In this document: one piece after another, positions 1 through 13,000 of the stretch | How positions within the stretch are numbered: position 1 is the stretch's first letter | Layout of the letters: every line of letters starts with the position of its first letter | Source: Pocillopora damicornis | Taxonomy: Eukaryota | DNA: 64,000 nt | NCBI RefSeq assembly: GCF_003704095.1 | Contig: NW_020844573.1 | Span: forward strand, 186,001-250,000 | Reading direction: 5' to 3' | The notes under the pieces: generated by a model | Seen by the model: only the letters and a program-made list of their open reading frames with translations | Told to the model about the DNA's origin: nothing | Database searches by the model: none | Position numbers and translations under genes: made by a program

Positions 1-3000
1 CAGACTGACATCATCCTCACGAGGAATCACTATACACTTATCTTTTTTTCGTGTTACAGAGACCGAAGGAGGTATACCGGGTAACTATGCAAGTCAGTCC
101 CTGATGCAGACGTTACCTGTATGTTTTAGTTTATGACTTTTCTGAGAGAGGTTTACACTCTACTTTGCACTTGATTTCAAACATGTTACTTGCTTCTCTC
201 CCGCGAAGTGAGGGATAAATAAAATTTTGTCGTGAGGTTAGAGTTAGGAACATTACTCACATCGATACAGTGTTTACATAGCGATTATTGACCTGGTTGT
301 TATAGGGATGTAACTTTAACTGAGAGAAATCTGCTAAGTTATAAACGTAGCTTGTCCTACTACGTTTTGCACTCGTGAGTGGAGAATGACCGAAAGAGAT
401 TGAACAAAATAAAAATAGGCAAGGCTGAAAAATTACACTCAGAAGTCACATACGCCATGATGTGTAAGTCACATACACTTAGTGTTTCAATAACTATCTG
501 CATAGCAAATGGTCAACACAAACTGAGAAAAAAAGTAAATATTAACAGCACCAATGCTTTCTACCAATTAGTATGCAAGTAGGAGGCTTTAAGAATCTAT
601 TGTTTCAAGTTGTTCTTGTATACACCACATGAACTTAAAGGCATTCTAAATACCTGAAAGAGAAATATTAAAGTCAAGACCGAACAAAACAGTTCGAATG
701 AAGGAGGCGAAAAGCAAATGAATTCAGTCTTTTCTTGTCTTGTTGCCAAGGTCAATTTTTTAGTCAAATGACACGTCACTAGTTATAAAGAAATCAGATG
801 TTAATGTTCAAAGAAATCCATCAATGTTTCAGTAGTGTTACCCTCAGCACATGCTCGTTTATCTTCTTTAAACAGCAGGGAAACTTCAAAACATGTTGTC
901 AGGACTGGTTCAGCTTTCTCATAATTCGCATTTTCGCAACTCATGTTATTTAACTTCTTGTACTTTTGAATGTTTCTTCCGAAAGTCCACAGGAAGTACT
1001 TTTGGTTTCAGCTGAAAAAACTTTTCGATCAGTTGTTCGCTTACAATAAATTCTACCTCTTTAAAATCAATATTTTTAGCTTGATTGAAAATACCTTCGG
1101 TTAACCCAATAAAAAGTTATTGTAAATTTCAATTATTATTCGAAACATAGTTGCTTATTCGAAAATTAATCGTTGCTTTGTAGAATCTCAGCGTGATTCC
1201 CGTTGATTCGATCCCAATAAGGTTATTTCTAAAAGAAGAAAGGACTGAAGTCGTTCATTAAAAGTGACAAAAGTTGCGCTTTTAAAAAACCGCACAAAAG
1301 AAGAATATTTATCTCTCTCCCTTTAGTTGTTCACCCGCAAAAAACATAGTCAAAACAAGGCTTGAATATTTGTTAAGATAAACTATAGAATTAGAGCTTA
1401 TGTTTTCCATGAGAAATGGTGCCACTTTACTTTTAAAAATATATTTGTACATTTTGTGGTGAGGTGATTGCAGAACATAACTGAACATTTAATCTTCTTA
1501 CTCCGTAAACCGTCATTTCGTTTAATCATACAGTTACCGACACCTGTTTGTAAGAAATTTTGCCCGAGGCTGGTGGGCAAAACTCAAAACCTTAATTTCC
1601 TTGTAACTCTACCGACATCATGGCAATTGATGACAAATGGCGCTATCTGCTTCCTCTCCGATGTTGTTTAAATTTTGTGGTCTACATATTTAATCGACCC
1701 ACCAACGATGAATCCTTTGAGGTGGGCTGTTCAAGCACGAAAGGTTAATAAATCTAACCACAGCGCTTAATCCGTCGAGCGAAAGGTTTTCACCTCCCTG
1801 ATAGACTCTGTTAGAGTTAGAATTGACCCTTTCAGCTTCGAGCGTGGCCAAAAGATTCTTTGTTAATACCGCAAAATAATCATTGTTAACTCACATCGAT
1901 CATTTGGGAGTGACTTAACTGTTACTTTCACAATTTTCCGACAAATAACAAAACATGTTTTTTCAAACTCTTCGCAACTTCCGACACAAAACTAAAACTA
2001 CACAGAGAAAGATTTTGAAACCTTCAAGAGTCGGTCGGTTCCCGCCACACAAAGCTTCTTCTAGAAGGTATAATGAGGTCAAGATAAATAAACTTCCTTT
2101 GAAAAGGCTCCTTTAATCAAAGTCAAGTATGATGAAGATAATTGATGATCTAACCTGATCCAATTCGCATATTGTTTTCATAACGGAATCATCCAAAGCG
2201 TGAAGCAGCTTATTCAAATCCCTCAATTGACCTTACCCCGTCATATAATCTTGTATCGGAAAACAATAGACAGATTTTTGACAGATTGGATGTATTGTTG
2301 TGGCCGAGATTATGCGATACACCTCGAAAAACAGGAAATTAAATTTAATAGCCCAAGGGCAAAGTTTCCTCAATCCAGATGGCTCAAAATCAGCGCAGAC
2401 CAATCTTATCTGTGAATTCCCCTAAAAGGGTTGAAAAACGTTCGGCTTTTGTTATTAAAATGTTCAGATTAGGAGATACACATCAAAGATCGTAAAAACG
2501 GTTTAGCCGTAGCCATTTAGCTTTAAAATAATTTACTTGGTGGGAACTTTTGCCTGAGGGAATTCGCTTCGATTAACTAATAATTAAATCATCGATATTT
2601 TTAACAGTTTTGTTCTGGCAAACTTGTGAATTGCCAAACCCACTGCTTCCATTTCATTTGGTCCAATCGAGTAAAAACAAGTGCATCAATTAGGCAATTT
2701 ATACAACAAAACTGCTTGGAAAACCGATCTTGAAATAAGAAAAAAGGAAATAATAATAAAAAAAACAACAGATCGTTAAAAGTTTAAGGTAACGACATCA
2801 TCTTATTGCATAAACATTATAACGCCACTCTGTCGATCAGGCTCCACGCCGTTACTCTCCCCCCCCCTCCTTCGATAGTCGTAAAATGCTACCCTTTGGA
2901 AAGACAGAAATTGTCACCGTCACATCTCTCGCAATTTCCATTAGACAGAGTACGTTTCTGTAGTTTTTTTCTTCAGACTTCTAGAGATCGAGGTCGCGAA

Positions 3001-6000
3001 GTCAATAAACTACATATGTTTCATCAACTTGATATGAGTTATATATCAATCACTCGAAAACTTATCCTGACGGCTCAAGGTTAAAAATTCATTCTTATTA
3101 AACCAGAAACTTTGTAAGGAATTGATTTAAAGTTTTTCCTTTTCGTAGTGAACGTGATTTAGTCGTGAGGGATGTTGACGTAAAGAACGAGAAAAAAACT
3201 TATTTAGGCCTTTTAGCACTTAGAGTCGTTTTGGCGACCCTTACAGTGTACCTCTAGACTAAAAAAAAACCACCAAGATGTTAAGGAAAGAAATTGATGA
3301 AGGTAAATTACGACGAATTATGAAGTATTCAAAAGAAGTTGAGCGACACTTACTTAAAACTAAAATTATAAGCAGTAAAAGCTGTGAGAAATTCTTACTC
3401 AGCCTAAAGACCAAGTCAAAGAGGAAGAACAGCTTTGTAACTGAAGTAGATAGCTCTATTGAACTAATAAGGAAAGTGATGCCAGTACGCTGAAGGCGTG
3501 TTCTGTCTGCTCATCACCCACCTATCACTTCCTACCGGGCCACCTGGCGCCCACATGACTTTCTCAATCGCGGGTATGGGAGCTAGCTATTAATGGGTAT
3601 CGGAAACAGAAGATAAAGCTTATATCATGTAGATTTTCGCGTTATCGTGATAAAATCTAATAGTTGTTGATTTTTCTCAAATCACTACAAATGGTCAGTC
3701 ATGGTGACTAGTTTATTCATTTCTAAACCAGTTCTTTTCGGCGTTTTTAACTCGCCAGTACCTGACCTGACCTCTATCACGTGGTGCATTGTTTAAAGCT
3801 GAGAAAAAAAAACTCTGTAGGCGAAAGTGATACCCAATTAAATTTGAACCATTACTTGTTGAAGACAAGGTTATACAACAAAGCCTTTTTAATTGAAATC
3901 TCGCAAATTGGTCTATTGATCACGTTAAATCAACATTCGCCGCCACAAGCGGCAACGCCGATAAAGAATTCTCTCTTCCTTCCTGTGTGATTAACTCAGC
4001 AGAGTGTTAACGGTGTTTGAACAAGGCGCAGATTACGGAAAAATATGACATTTCTGGATATTTTCCTGTTCCAAAGAGGTCCTTATTGCGAAAAAAACCC
4101 TGATCGGCTTTTCAACACAACTGACAGTTAATTAACAAGTGTATATTACTCAAGGGGCTATGGTTTTATTCGATAACTGTAGACAGAAAACTTGTTTTGG
4201 CCAACACTGCAGGTGGCTCGACCAACATTCATACAAAGTTAATTTTTTTCTTTCGTAAGTCGTAGAAACGTTCGAGAGAAACGTCAAGCGATTATTCTCA
4301 ATTTCCAATCCACAAATATTTGCTAATTCTCTTCCAGATCAGTTTTAAGAGGAACGTGAAAGGCTAAATATTTAGACAACTGGGTAATGAAGTATTTAGT
4401 TTTCAATCTCTTAGTAAACACAGAGTTCATACATAAATTGTAAATACTTCTTTTTATTTCAAATAGCAACACTTAAATACATATATGCAGACGGTAAATA
4501 CACAGGGTTCATTTTGCGTTGACTTTAAGCGGAGAGAGAAGCCTTTCAGGGATCCAATTGGCAACTCAAGATGTCTGTCAGGGGTTATTAATAGAAAAAT
4601 TACACTTAACCTTGGAACTTGTGTAAGTTAAACTTTGTATTGGCACAAAGGGGTTTCTAGTTAATTCCTACCCACATAATTCTGTTTGCTAATCCACTGC
4701 AGAGAAGTCTTGGATGAAAATCTTCAAGAAGTATTTGGGAGGTTCATTTAAAAGTTATTAATTTCAAACAGGCGCAGAAGGAACTACGATAGCCTTAGCA
4801 AATAGAGATATGCCCTATTTTGTGCCATGTCCTGCCTGCCCGCCTTACAAGTAATAAGAAATAATTGGGATCAACCCAGATAAGAAATCAAATCCTGTAT
4901 TAGTGCCCCCACCCGCCAGTGTGTAATGTCAACAAATTAGAGTGTTGTATTGTCAAACACGCTATACATCTGACTTTGACAAGGACATTTGAAAGGGATA
5001 AAAGTTTCACCTATGTCGAGCGCCCAAAGGCTTTGTCAGATAGTGGCTAATGGACATAATGAAGGATACAACGATTTCACGTTGCTTTTAATTAGACCGT
5101 TTAAAGTAGAGAGGGTTCCCATGATCAGAAGTCAAACTGAATTCAGTACCTTAAAACAATTAGATCGCGCGAAGGAAAAATCATTTACTGAAACAACTAG
5201 AATTCTCTTATTGCCGCAAGCGATATCGTGATCTCCTTGACACTAAGTTTATCTCCATGCTCGGAAAAAATGAGCATAATTGGAGAGGAGACAAAGTTGA
5301 GAAAAGAAGAAAAACTGATAAGTGAATCACGCGAGATTTACAGTGCAATTGCTAAGCAGTTTAAGATGAAGTCCACCGCTATCAAGGTAACAATGGAGAA
5401 AATTAACTTCTTTACTTGCTCTACTCTCGTTGTAAAAACTCCAAGTTTCATGAATGTGGTTTTTCTCTTTATTGTACAAGCTCTGATAGAATTTTCTTAA
5501 TGTAAACAATGTCTTCAACCATTGATTCAAAATCAAAATATAGTTTGATATGTTTGCTGTAAACAGCAATGGCAGAAAATAAAATACAAACATAATTTTT
5601 CCTAGCCGTACCTAAATACGAGCGCGACAGAGTTTTTATCAAAATTATTCAATTTTTTTTTTGAGTGTAGAAACCAAAATTGATCTATGTGGCTTTCCTT
5701 TTCCTTTCTTTACTAAGAATTGCAAATAAGCTCCGCATAAAAAAGAAATGATCAGAGTTTTCCACTTTTTGTTTCAGCATAAATCAAAGCAAAATTACTG
5801 GAGCCAATGAAAATGTAAGAAAAAAGATAATTCCGGCTATTTTGGTAACGCCAACGAAAACAAGAGGAGACAGAAAGCGACAAGATTCACAGAGATATCG
5901 TTCTCTTTTCCGACGGTATTCTTCTACGACGAGATAACTTTCGCAGGGCCGATAAAAAAAATCATTAAAACTTTCACGACGCACATCTTTGCTTAGAAAA

Positions 6001-8279
6001 CAAAATTCTAAAAGATTCCATCCTTGACCTTGTTCTGTTTATATCAACAGGAAGCTTCGCGTTGGCCACGTTTCTTTTGTAAGGCATAATTAAAATATGT
6101 TCCAAATTTGCATCCCGACTTATTGAATGTGAGCGCTCACAGCTTGAAGTGTTCTCCCGAAAGACCACACGTCGGGGTCATTTTTGATCAAATATTGATT
6201 TTGGGGAAAGTAGATGAATACGTATTAATTTGACAGCAGTTTACTCTCACGAAGATTCACTTGATACGTATATTTATCGTACTTGGAAATTAGCGCCGGC
6301 ATCAAATGAAAGATTGATAAGTTATTGTTGAAGTTTACCTTGACTTACGATACGCGGCGAGCTCAGTGTTTTCTTTAGCTTGTCACGAAAAGTTCTGTTA
6401 GCGAAAGCAGCTACAGAGACTCTCAATTACAAAAAAAAATTGCTAAAAATTGCTGGAGCTATGATGTGAATTAACTGCTACATACAGTCCAGCTTTACAA
6501 TACACCCAAAAGCACTTATTGTAATTGTCTGGTGAAGATTGCTTTACAATCGACTTAGGGCGTAGGGGTCTAATTGTTTTGGACACTTCGACAGTGGACT
6601 TACGGGATTTACTTAAGTGGTAAAATGTCGAAAGGCGTTGTGACACTAATGCTGCTAATGTGGATGTACATCTTCCACTTTCCCTCCCTCCTATCATCAA
6701 AATAGCTAGTTTTCATAACTTGAACAAATGTTGCTTGCAGGGGGCCGAGGTAAGCCTGGTCTTCAAATCGTCATCATTTTTTCCAACGGTTGAACATAGT
6801 GTTATATCAGTCGGAGCATTTTTAGTGATAGTCTAGTGCCGAAAACACTTATTTAACTTTGTATCATAAAATGCCTTAAATTGTAGTAAGTTTTACACAT
6901 CAATTTTCACGAAAAATAACTCTATCAAGATTTGATGTTGCGTGTTGTTTTTAACCACAGAAATGGCAAATAGCTTAATACGTACATATTATCGTGTACA
7001 TCGGAGGCAAGTCTGAGTGGGTTGAGACCACGAAATATTGCCGGCGTTGGGGGAAATTTGCAACAATTATTGATTATGTCAGCTATTGACGAATTTAGCA
7101 GGAAACAACGAGTGTTCTAGTTTCTTTCGGCTAGCGAATATGCTAAAACTGCTTACAGATTTCATAGCGTGGTGGAGCGCAAGGGAGATAGATTCTCTGA
7201 TAATATCGTATCACTTCAATACCTTTGAGTCTGCCACCGGCACGACTTAACTCGTGTTAGGATAACAAATAGTTATGTTTGATGCGACAACCGGTTGTCA
7301 TCAGTGCTTAGGTGTTGCCTCTGGGGTCGGCGTCCACAAAGAAACCCAAAACAATAGTATTGCTTCCACGTAACTAAGCCGCATCGAGGAAACGATCGGT
7401 CTCGTTCAGTTTGTTTGTCTTCAAACTGTCAACAAAGTGTAGAAGAAGGTCGGGTGAAGAACAGCACTAACTTTAGTTCGAGACTATAAATGTCACAAAT
7501 CGCAGGATATTCGCAAACAAATTTAACCTAGTGCCTTTTATCAATTTAGCTCAAGTGTGTGGTTAACCCAACGAGATGGAAGATCTTTCGCGCTTCCAGG
7601 CGATAACATCGCGTTGAAGGAGGGGCTTTTCAATTATAATCTCTACCAAGAAGTCGATGGGTTCTGGGGTACTGTTCACTCAAGAACAGCGTTTACATTA
7701 CAATCATTTGTTAAAATGAAACCAACGATGATTCGCATGACTCTTGATAGCCTCTTGTGGCCACTTGCGTGCGTTATCGCCCGTGACCTGATGACAGAAC
7801 AAATAAATAGATGTGACAAAAGTTGATATTCTTCTTCACTTGTTCGTGTCGTGAAAAGAGAAGCCTATAACACTACCATTTATTTTATTAATAATGGCTT
7901 GGGTTGCCATAACGTCCAATGAGGCTTCAGATCGATGAATGCTCTGTAGGGGGGAATTTGGTTCGTTTAACCGTCAAAATAGGCAATTAAAATTCTTTAG
8001 TTCGAGGTGGCATGTGCTTCCCTCCCCTTAATCAAACCGTCCTTATACGAATAGTAAATATTTGAAAATTACTTGTCGGCACCTCAGGACAAATATTGAC
8101 AATGCAAATTAATCCTATTCCACTCAAGAAGGTGACAAACAAAATCTCTAAGTGTGAACAGTGATCGTTTTCTTTTTTTGGTTTGATTGTTCGAGTTTGA
8201 TGCGAGAATCTTTTTCCATATTGTTTCTCTAGATTGCAAATGAGATTGTTCGAATAAGACGATTGCTATTAAAACACTA

Positions 8280-8400
8280 ACAATTGATTGGATTCGATAG
8301 GGCGAACACATCGTAAAATATTTATCAACCCAAACACCCCGGGGGCGTTAACGCGATGATTGGATAACGAAATATCAACAACTTGCTAATGCCAATCAAA
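8280..8400 (+). promoter_or_regulatory. Candidate proximal promoter of Zic paralog 1
   Basis: Three CCAAT boxes (ATTGG 8287, ATTGG 8359, CCAAT 8392) flank CACCCCGGGGGCG (8335-8347), about 400-500 bp upstream of the ATG. Confidence 0.45.
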
Positions 8401-8776
8401 GACCGGTGTAGTTCAGTTACAATAGACCGAGAACTCACGCTGGGCTCCGAACACAACCAAGTACAGATGCTTGGATGAACGGTGAGTCGACTTCAAAGGA
8501 TAACACTACGACAGCAGCTTTCAAATCCCGCGCATTTTGTACAAGTTAACCGCGCTTCGCTGTGTGAGAGGTTTTGCGGAATGTTCGTGCATTTCCTAGT
8601 CGAAGAGTTCGACTTGCCCAGCACGACACAGATGCTTATTTAGTTCCATGGGAGGATGACAAAACTGTGAATTAAACAAAGAGCCAACCCGATTGATTCA
8701 TTTAAGTTTTCTGTCCGGTTTCTCACGCGATTATATTGTGGAGAAAGTGACCCGTCAAAGCCTTAAAGACAAAAGA

Positions 8777-10030
8777 ATGAGTTCAGTGCAAGACTCTTTC
8801 AACGTTCCAAATGGCTCGCACTATCCTTTTACGCCAGCCCAAGGCGTGCGGTCCTCCGCTCGTCCGTCTACTCATGAGTTCATATTCACCGGACCTGATA
8901 GCTTCACCAGTTCTAGCGTCGCAGCTGTTCGTCCACCTAACAGCAGTATAAATCTAGCATCTGACACAACTGTCGCTAGAGCAGGCAGCAACCAGCGACA
9001 ACTCAACATGTTCCCTGGCTCAGTTATACACCAGCTTCACCCAAGCCACTACAATAGCCTGCAAGAGCCACATCGAGACGGTACTAATGGTTCACCTCAC
9101 GGGTTTTATTCTGTTGCTCACGCTCACGACCCGCCTGGCTCTCACTATCAACAGACTGGCGGACCTCTAACTGGGCCTTACAGGTTCAGTAAAGGCATGG
9201 AATATTATACCCGAGACGACAAATATGAGCCTCATCATTCGCAATACGCGAGCCCTTTCGCTGCACCGCGCTACGAATTTATGCAGCACGCAGGGCTAAC
9301 CATGCCTGGAAGTTACCTGCGCCAGCCTTTGAGTCATGTGGTGGTTTGTGAATGGATCGAACCGGGCAGTAAAGGAAAGCCTTGTGGGAGACAATTCTTT
9401 CGAATGCACGACGTAGTAGCGCATCTTTCTGAAGATCATGTTGGTGGACCGGAAAGCAGTTCTCATGTGTGCTTCTGGAAAGATTGCCCTCGTAATGGAC
9501 TACCTTTTAAAGCCAAGTATAAGCTTATCAACCACATTCGTGTGCACACGGGAGAAAAGCCTTTCTCATGTCCATTCCCTGGCTGTGGAAAGCTCTTCGC
9601 TAGATCAGAAAACCTAAAGATCCACAAGCGAACGCACACCGGTGAGAAACCGTTCATGTGCGAATACCCCGGTTGCGATCGACGTTTCGCAAATTCGAGT
9701 GATAGAAAGAAGCATTCGCATGTTCATACGTCTGATAAACCTTACATCTGCAAAATAGAAGGATGTAACAAAAGCTATACCCACCCAAGTTCCCTTCGAA
9801 AGCACATGAAGCTACATGCGAAGCCCTCGGACTCTCTTGGTTCGACAAGTCCTCACGATGAAAGCGTGTCTTCCGGCAGGACAAATTCACCAGCTTTCCA
9901 CACCGCTTCAACTTACCCGCCAATGTCGGAATGGTTTAACCGCTTACCATCGACACAGAATCACGAACACTATCATATGGACAATAGCGCTAGCATTGCT
10001 GCCGCACAAGCTCCTCTGGCGTCCTACTGA
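8777..10030 (+). CDS. Zic: Zic/odd-paired family C2H2 zinc-finger transcription factor, paralog 1 (417 aa, uninterrupted ORF)
   Basis: Five tandem C2H2 fingers at 9347-9817 with Zic-diagnostic [47 protein letters not shown] and [16 protein letters not shown]-like SYLRQP precedes ZF1 (CEW...HVGGPE). ZOC-like STHEFIF and C-terminal SEWF are present. The ORF track begins at a TTG (8693); the first in-frame ATG is 8777. Confidence 0.96.
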   Translation: MSSVQDSFNVPNGSHYPFTPAQGVRSSARPSTHEFIFTGPDSFTSSSVAAVRPPNSSINLASDTTVARAGSNQRQLNMFPGSVIHQLHPSHYNSLQEPHRDGTNGSPHGFYSVAHAHDPPGSHYQQTGGPLTGPYRFSKGMEYYTRDDKYEPHHSQYASPFAAPRYEFMQHAGLTMPGSYLRQPLSHVVVCEWIEPGSKGKPCGRQFFRMHDVVAHLSEDHVGGPESSSHVCFWKDCPRNGLPFKAKYKLINHIRVHTGEKPFSCPFPGCGKLFARSENLKIHKRTHTGEKPFMCEYPGCDRRFANSSDRKKHSHVHTSDKPYICKIEGCNKSYTHPSSLRKHMKLHAKPSDSLGSTSPHDESVSSGRTNSPAFHTASTYPPMSEWFNRLPSTQNHEHYHMDNSASIAAAQAPLASY

Positions 10031-13000
10031 CATCCTACCGAGGAAATAAAGACTACGCTCTTTTAACATGGAGACAAGATAGCATTATTTAAATAACCGT
10101 TTCAATCAACTGTAAGCGGGTGACGTCTCCGTCAAATCTATGCACAGAAACATGTGTCGTTCAGTCGCTGACAAAAAAAATTTGCGACAGGATATTTGCT
10201 ATTGGAAGACCAGCTCCAATCTAGACTAACGCTGGAACAATGGCAAAAAAATTATCCTAAACTTGGAATATTTCATTTCCATTATCGCTGTTGAGAAAAC
10301 AGTGTTGTTTACGAAGGATGCCAGTCGTGCAACATTCGGTAAGCGTCACACAAAGACGAACTCAAGAAGCAGATTAAAAGAAGAAATTTTGCTCTAAAAG
10401 TCCACTTTGTATTGAGGCAACATAGTTGTGGGCCAGAAGGTTGACAATTTGAAAAATGAAGACATTTTATGTTGGGCGAGATTCCAAGGAAATGGAAACT
10501 ATAATAAAACTCCTCGGGCAAGGACCACTAGAAGGAGTTGAATCTATCAATCAAAATCACCATCAGTAAGAAGAAGTATTAGCTTACAGTATTTTCTTAT
10601 TTATGTCAGGATATTTACTGTTCAAAATCAGCACTGTAAATAGCATATTTAGAATTTGACATCATCTAGTATATTATAAAGGAAAGAAAGTTGAGGGGAG
10701 GAATCTGATACCAGTGTCAAATTAGTCTGCTTATTTCGAAACTCGTAGCACACGAAGTTCGTCGATACAGTCTATTGCTGTAAAAATTGGACTTTCTGCT
10801 TCAAGTTGGAATGCCATCTTTTAAAACTGAGAAAACTAAATAAAGCTTTCGTTCTGTGAGGCAGGTTATTATCCTATTTTCTACAGAAAACTGATCGTCT
10901 AAACTAGATCATGTTATTCATATCCTAAGTCTGTATAATTTCAGGCCCAAAAAGTTGTCGTAGAATTCTAGCAGCACTTTTACTTTGTTCTCACTACAAA
11001 ACGTGAAAAAAAAACTGTTCCTACGCAACAACCTTTTTGTCTCAGAATCTAGGGAGCAAATTATTCACTTGCAAGTTTGAAACTGGTGTTTGTTGTATTT
11101 AACTTTGTAATTAAATTCTTGGAAGTACGTTGATTAGATAAAGAAAAGCGTTGTTAGGTGCCGAAAAAATGAATGCATTAGAGTAGAATAAGTTGTGTTT
11201 CGATCCAAATTTTGTGTATGAAGAGCCACTTTCCACTTTAGCTATCAAACACAGCACTTCAGCGTTCAAAAAGGCAAAAACCTACGACGGTTTTTCTCGA
11301 ACCACGCGGGGCAGTATCTTTCGTCCCGAGTCGATCGGCATATATAATTAATTAATCTTTGTTACTCTTAAAATGCCAAGTACACCCATCCTGTCGAAAA
11401 TTGAGATTGAAATGACCATGATTAGGCTATTTGTTTAGATCTCAAGGACATCAAAATAAAACTAACAAAACAGCTCCGTTTCTTTTAGCCAATTACCTGT
11501 GTGGAACCGTCTCACAGCTTCTTACTGAGATGTTTGTATCAGTTGAAAAGCCGGCATCTACAAAGGATTTTCTTTATTATAGTTTTTTTATTCTTCATGA
11601 TTCCTGCCCAAAGGCTCTTTCAAGGGCAACTGATAATTTCGATATGTTTTTAGTGGCTCGTCCAAGCGCGGCTCCGGACAAAGACCGCAAACACTGTAAA
11701 ATTACTGAGGCAATATCTTTCTACAAAGCAAATCAATCGGTTTTACACTTTCTTTTTCAACGAAGACAAAACTCAAAGACACAATAGGCTTTTGAAAGAG
11801 CGCTTAAAATAGTCCAGTATCTTATCATTAGGCGGTCATACCGCTTGATGCACTCACGCCACTGAACAGTTCGACTGGTTTACGAGAGTCGTTAACCAAG
11901 GCGGAAAACCTCAACTGGTTAAGACATCCTGCTCTTGTAGATATTTTAATAAAATAGAGGAAATAGGTAAAGCCTTCCTTTTTTCTCGAGGGGCTTAGTA
12001 ACAGTCAAAACTCAAGTGATTCATATAGGGTTGTCTAAACATGTCGTGATGTGGTTCAGCGCTGCTGGCTTCGCACCACGTCACGCTGCGAAGCGTGTTT
12101 CATAGGAAAAAGTTCTGTGCTTGTTAGTTTCCAACTGATGTAAACTTTAGGGATCCCAGATAGACTCTGCAGAAGAGAGATTGTAATAGTCAAACTGAGT
12201 AGATCAGGAGTTAGATTGCTTTCGTTGGGTGGAAAATCCACATGGTTTACGTCTGTTACCGAGTTTAATGTGTGCATCACGCGCCTTGGTCTCGTGTACG
12301 ATTCAGGAAATGACAAACAAATGAACGATGGTGTTAGTAAGAGGAGATGGGATCAATTTAATGAAAACCACTGGAAAATGAAGGTAAAGTTTCGTTGGTT
12401 AGGAACAGATCAAAACTTGACATGCTTGAGTTCATCAGTTATTTGAAATCAGTGAAGTCAGATGGATCGACCCTCACAAAACCTTTAAAAAATCCTTGAT
12501 GAGGTACAAGTGGGAATGCAAAGATAGGATTTGGGAAATGTGTCGTAAAAGTTTTTCCCTCACAGCCATGCTTTGATATAAAGGACGTTTCACGTAAATG
12601 CTTTGACCAGACGATTATTTATTAAATAAACCTGTGCTCTTCTGCTGGTAGTTTCGTATTGACCTAGTGCCTTGTACCTTATACTATCATCTGGTTCTAA
12701 TATGGAAGTAAATCGCAAGAACTCTAGAATTCTCTGTCTCCCAATTAAAACTGGTCTATTGCAAAACGGAAGAACTCCCCTAGTGTTGTAGTAAGTGTTA
12801 TCATCACTGCCACCGCAAAGTTGTGTTGAGTCAGTTCGGCCGGTGTGCATACAACGAGTTAGCGAAAGACTTATTTAATAAATGTTGCCTGTGCACGCCT
12901 GTTTGACGCTCACTTATAACATAGCCATAAACGTGATTACTTTGTGAATACAAGGGAAGATCTGAAGAGAGTTTTTAAGAATTGAAAAAAGCACCCGTGA

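Noticed and set aside
3278-3493. 71-aa Lys-rich ORF with ATG in fair Kozak context
   Set aside because: No recognisable domain, and the composition follows from A-rich DNA. The same applies to most other 60-120 aa ORFs in the track.
6359-6425. Possible heavily deleted copy of the same SINE-like family (GAGCTC..CTTGTCACGA..AGCTACAGAGACTCT)
   Set aside because: Only short word matches to a remembered consensus, and no A or B boxes. Too weak to call.
8693-8776. 28-aa N-terminal extension of paralog 1 in the ORF track
   Set aside because: It starts at TTG. In a eukaryote the first in-frame ATG (8777, A at -3) is the likely start.
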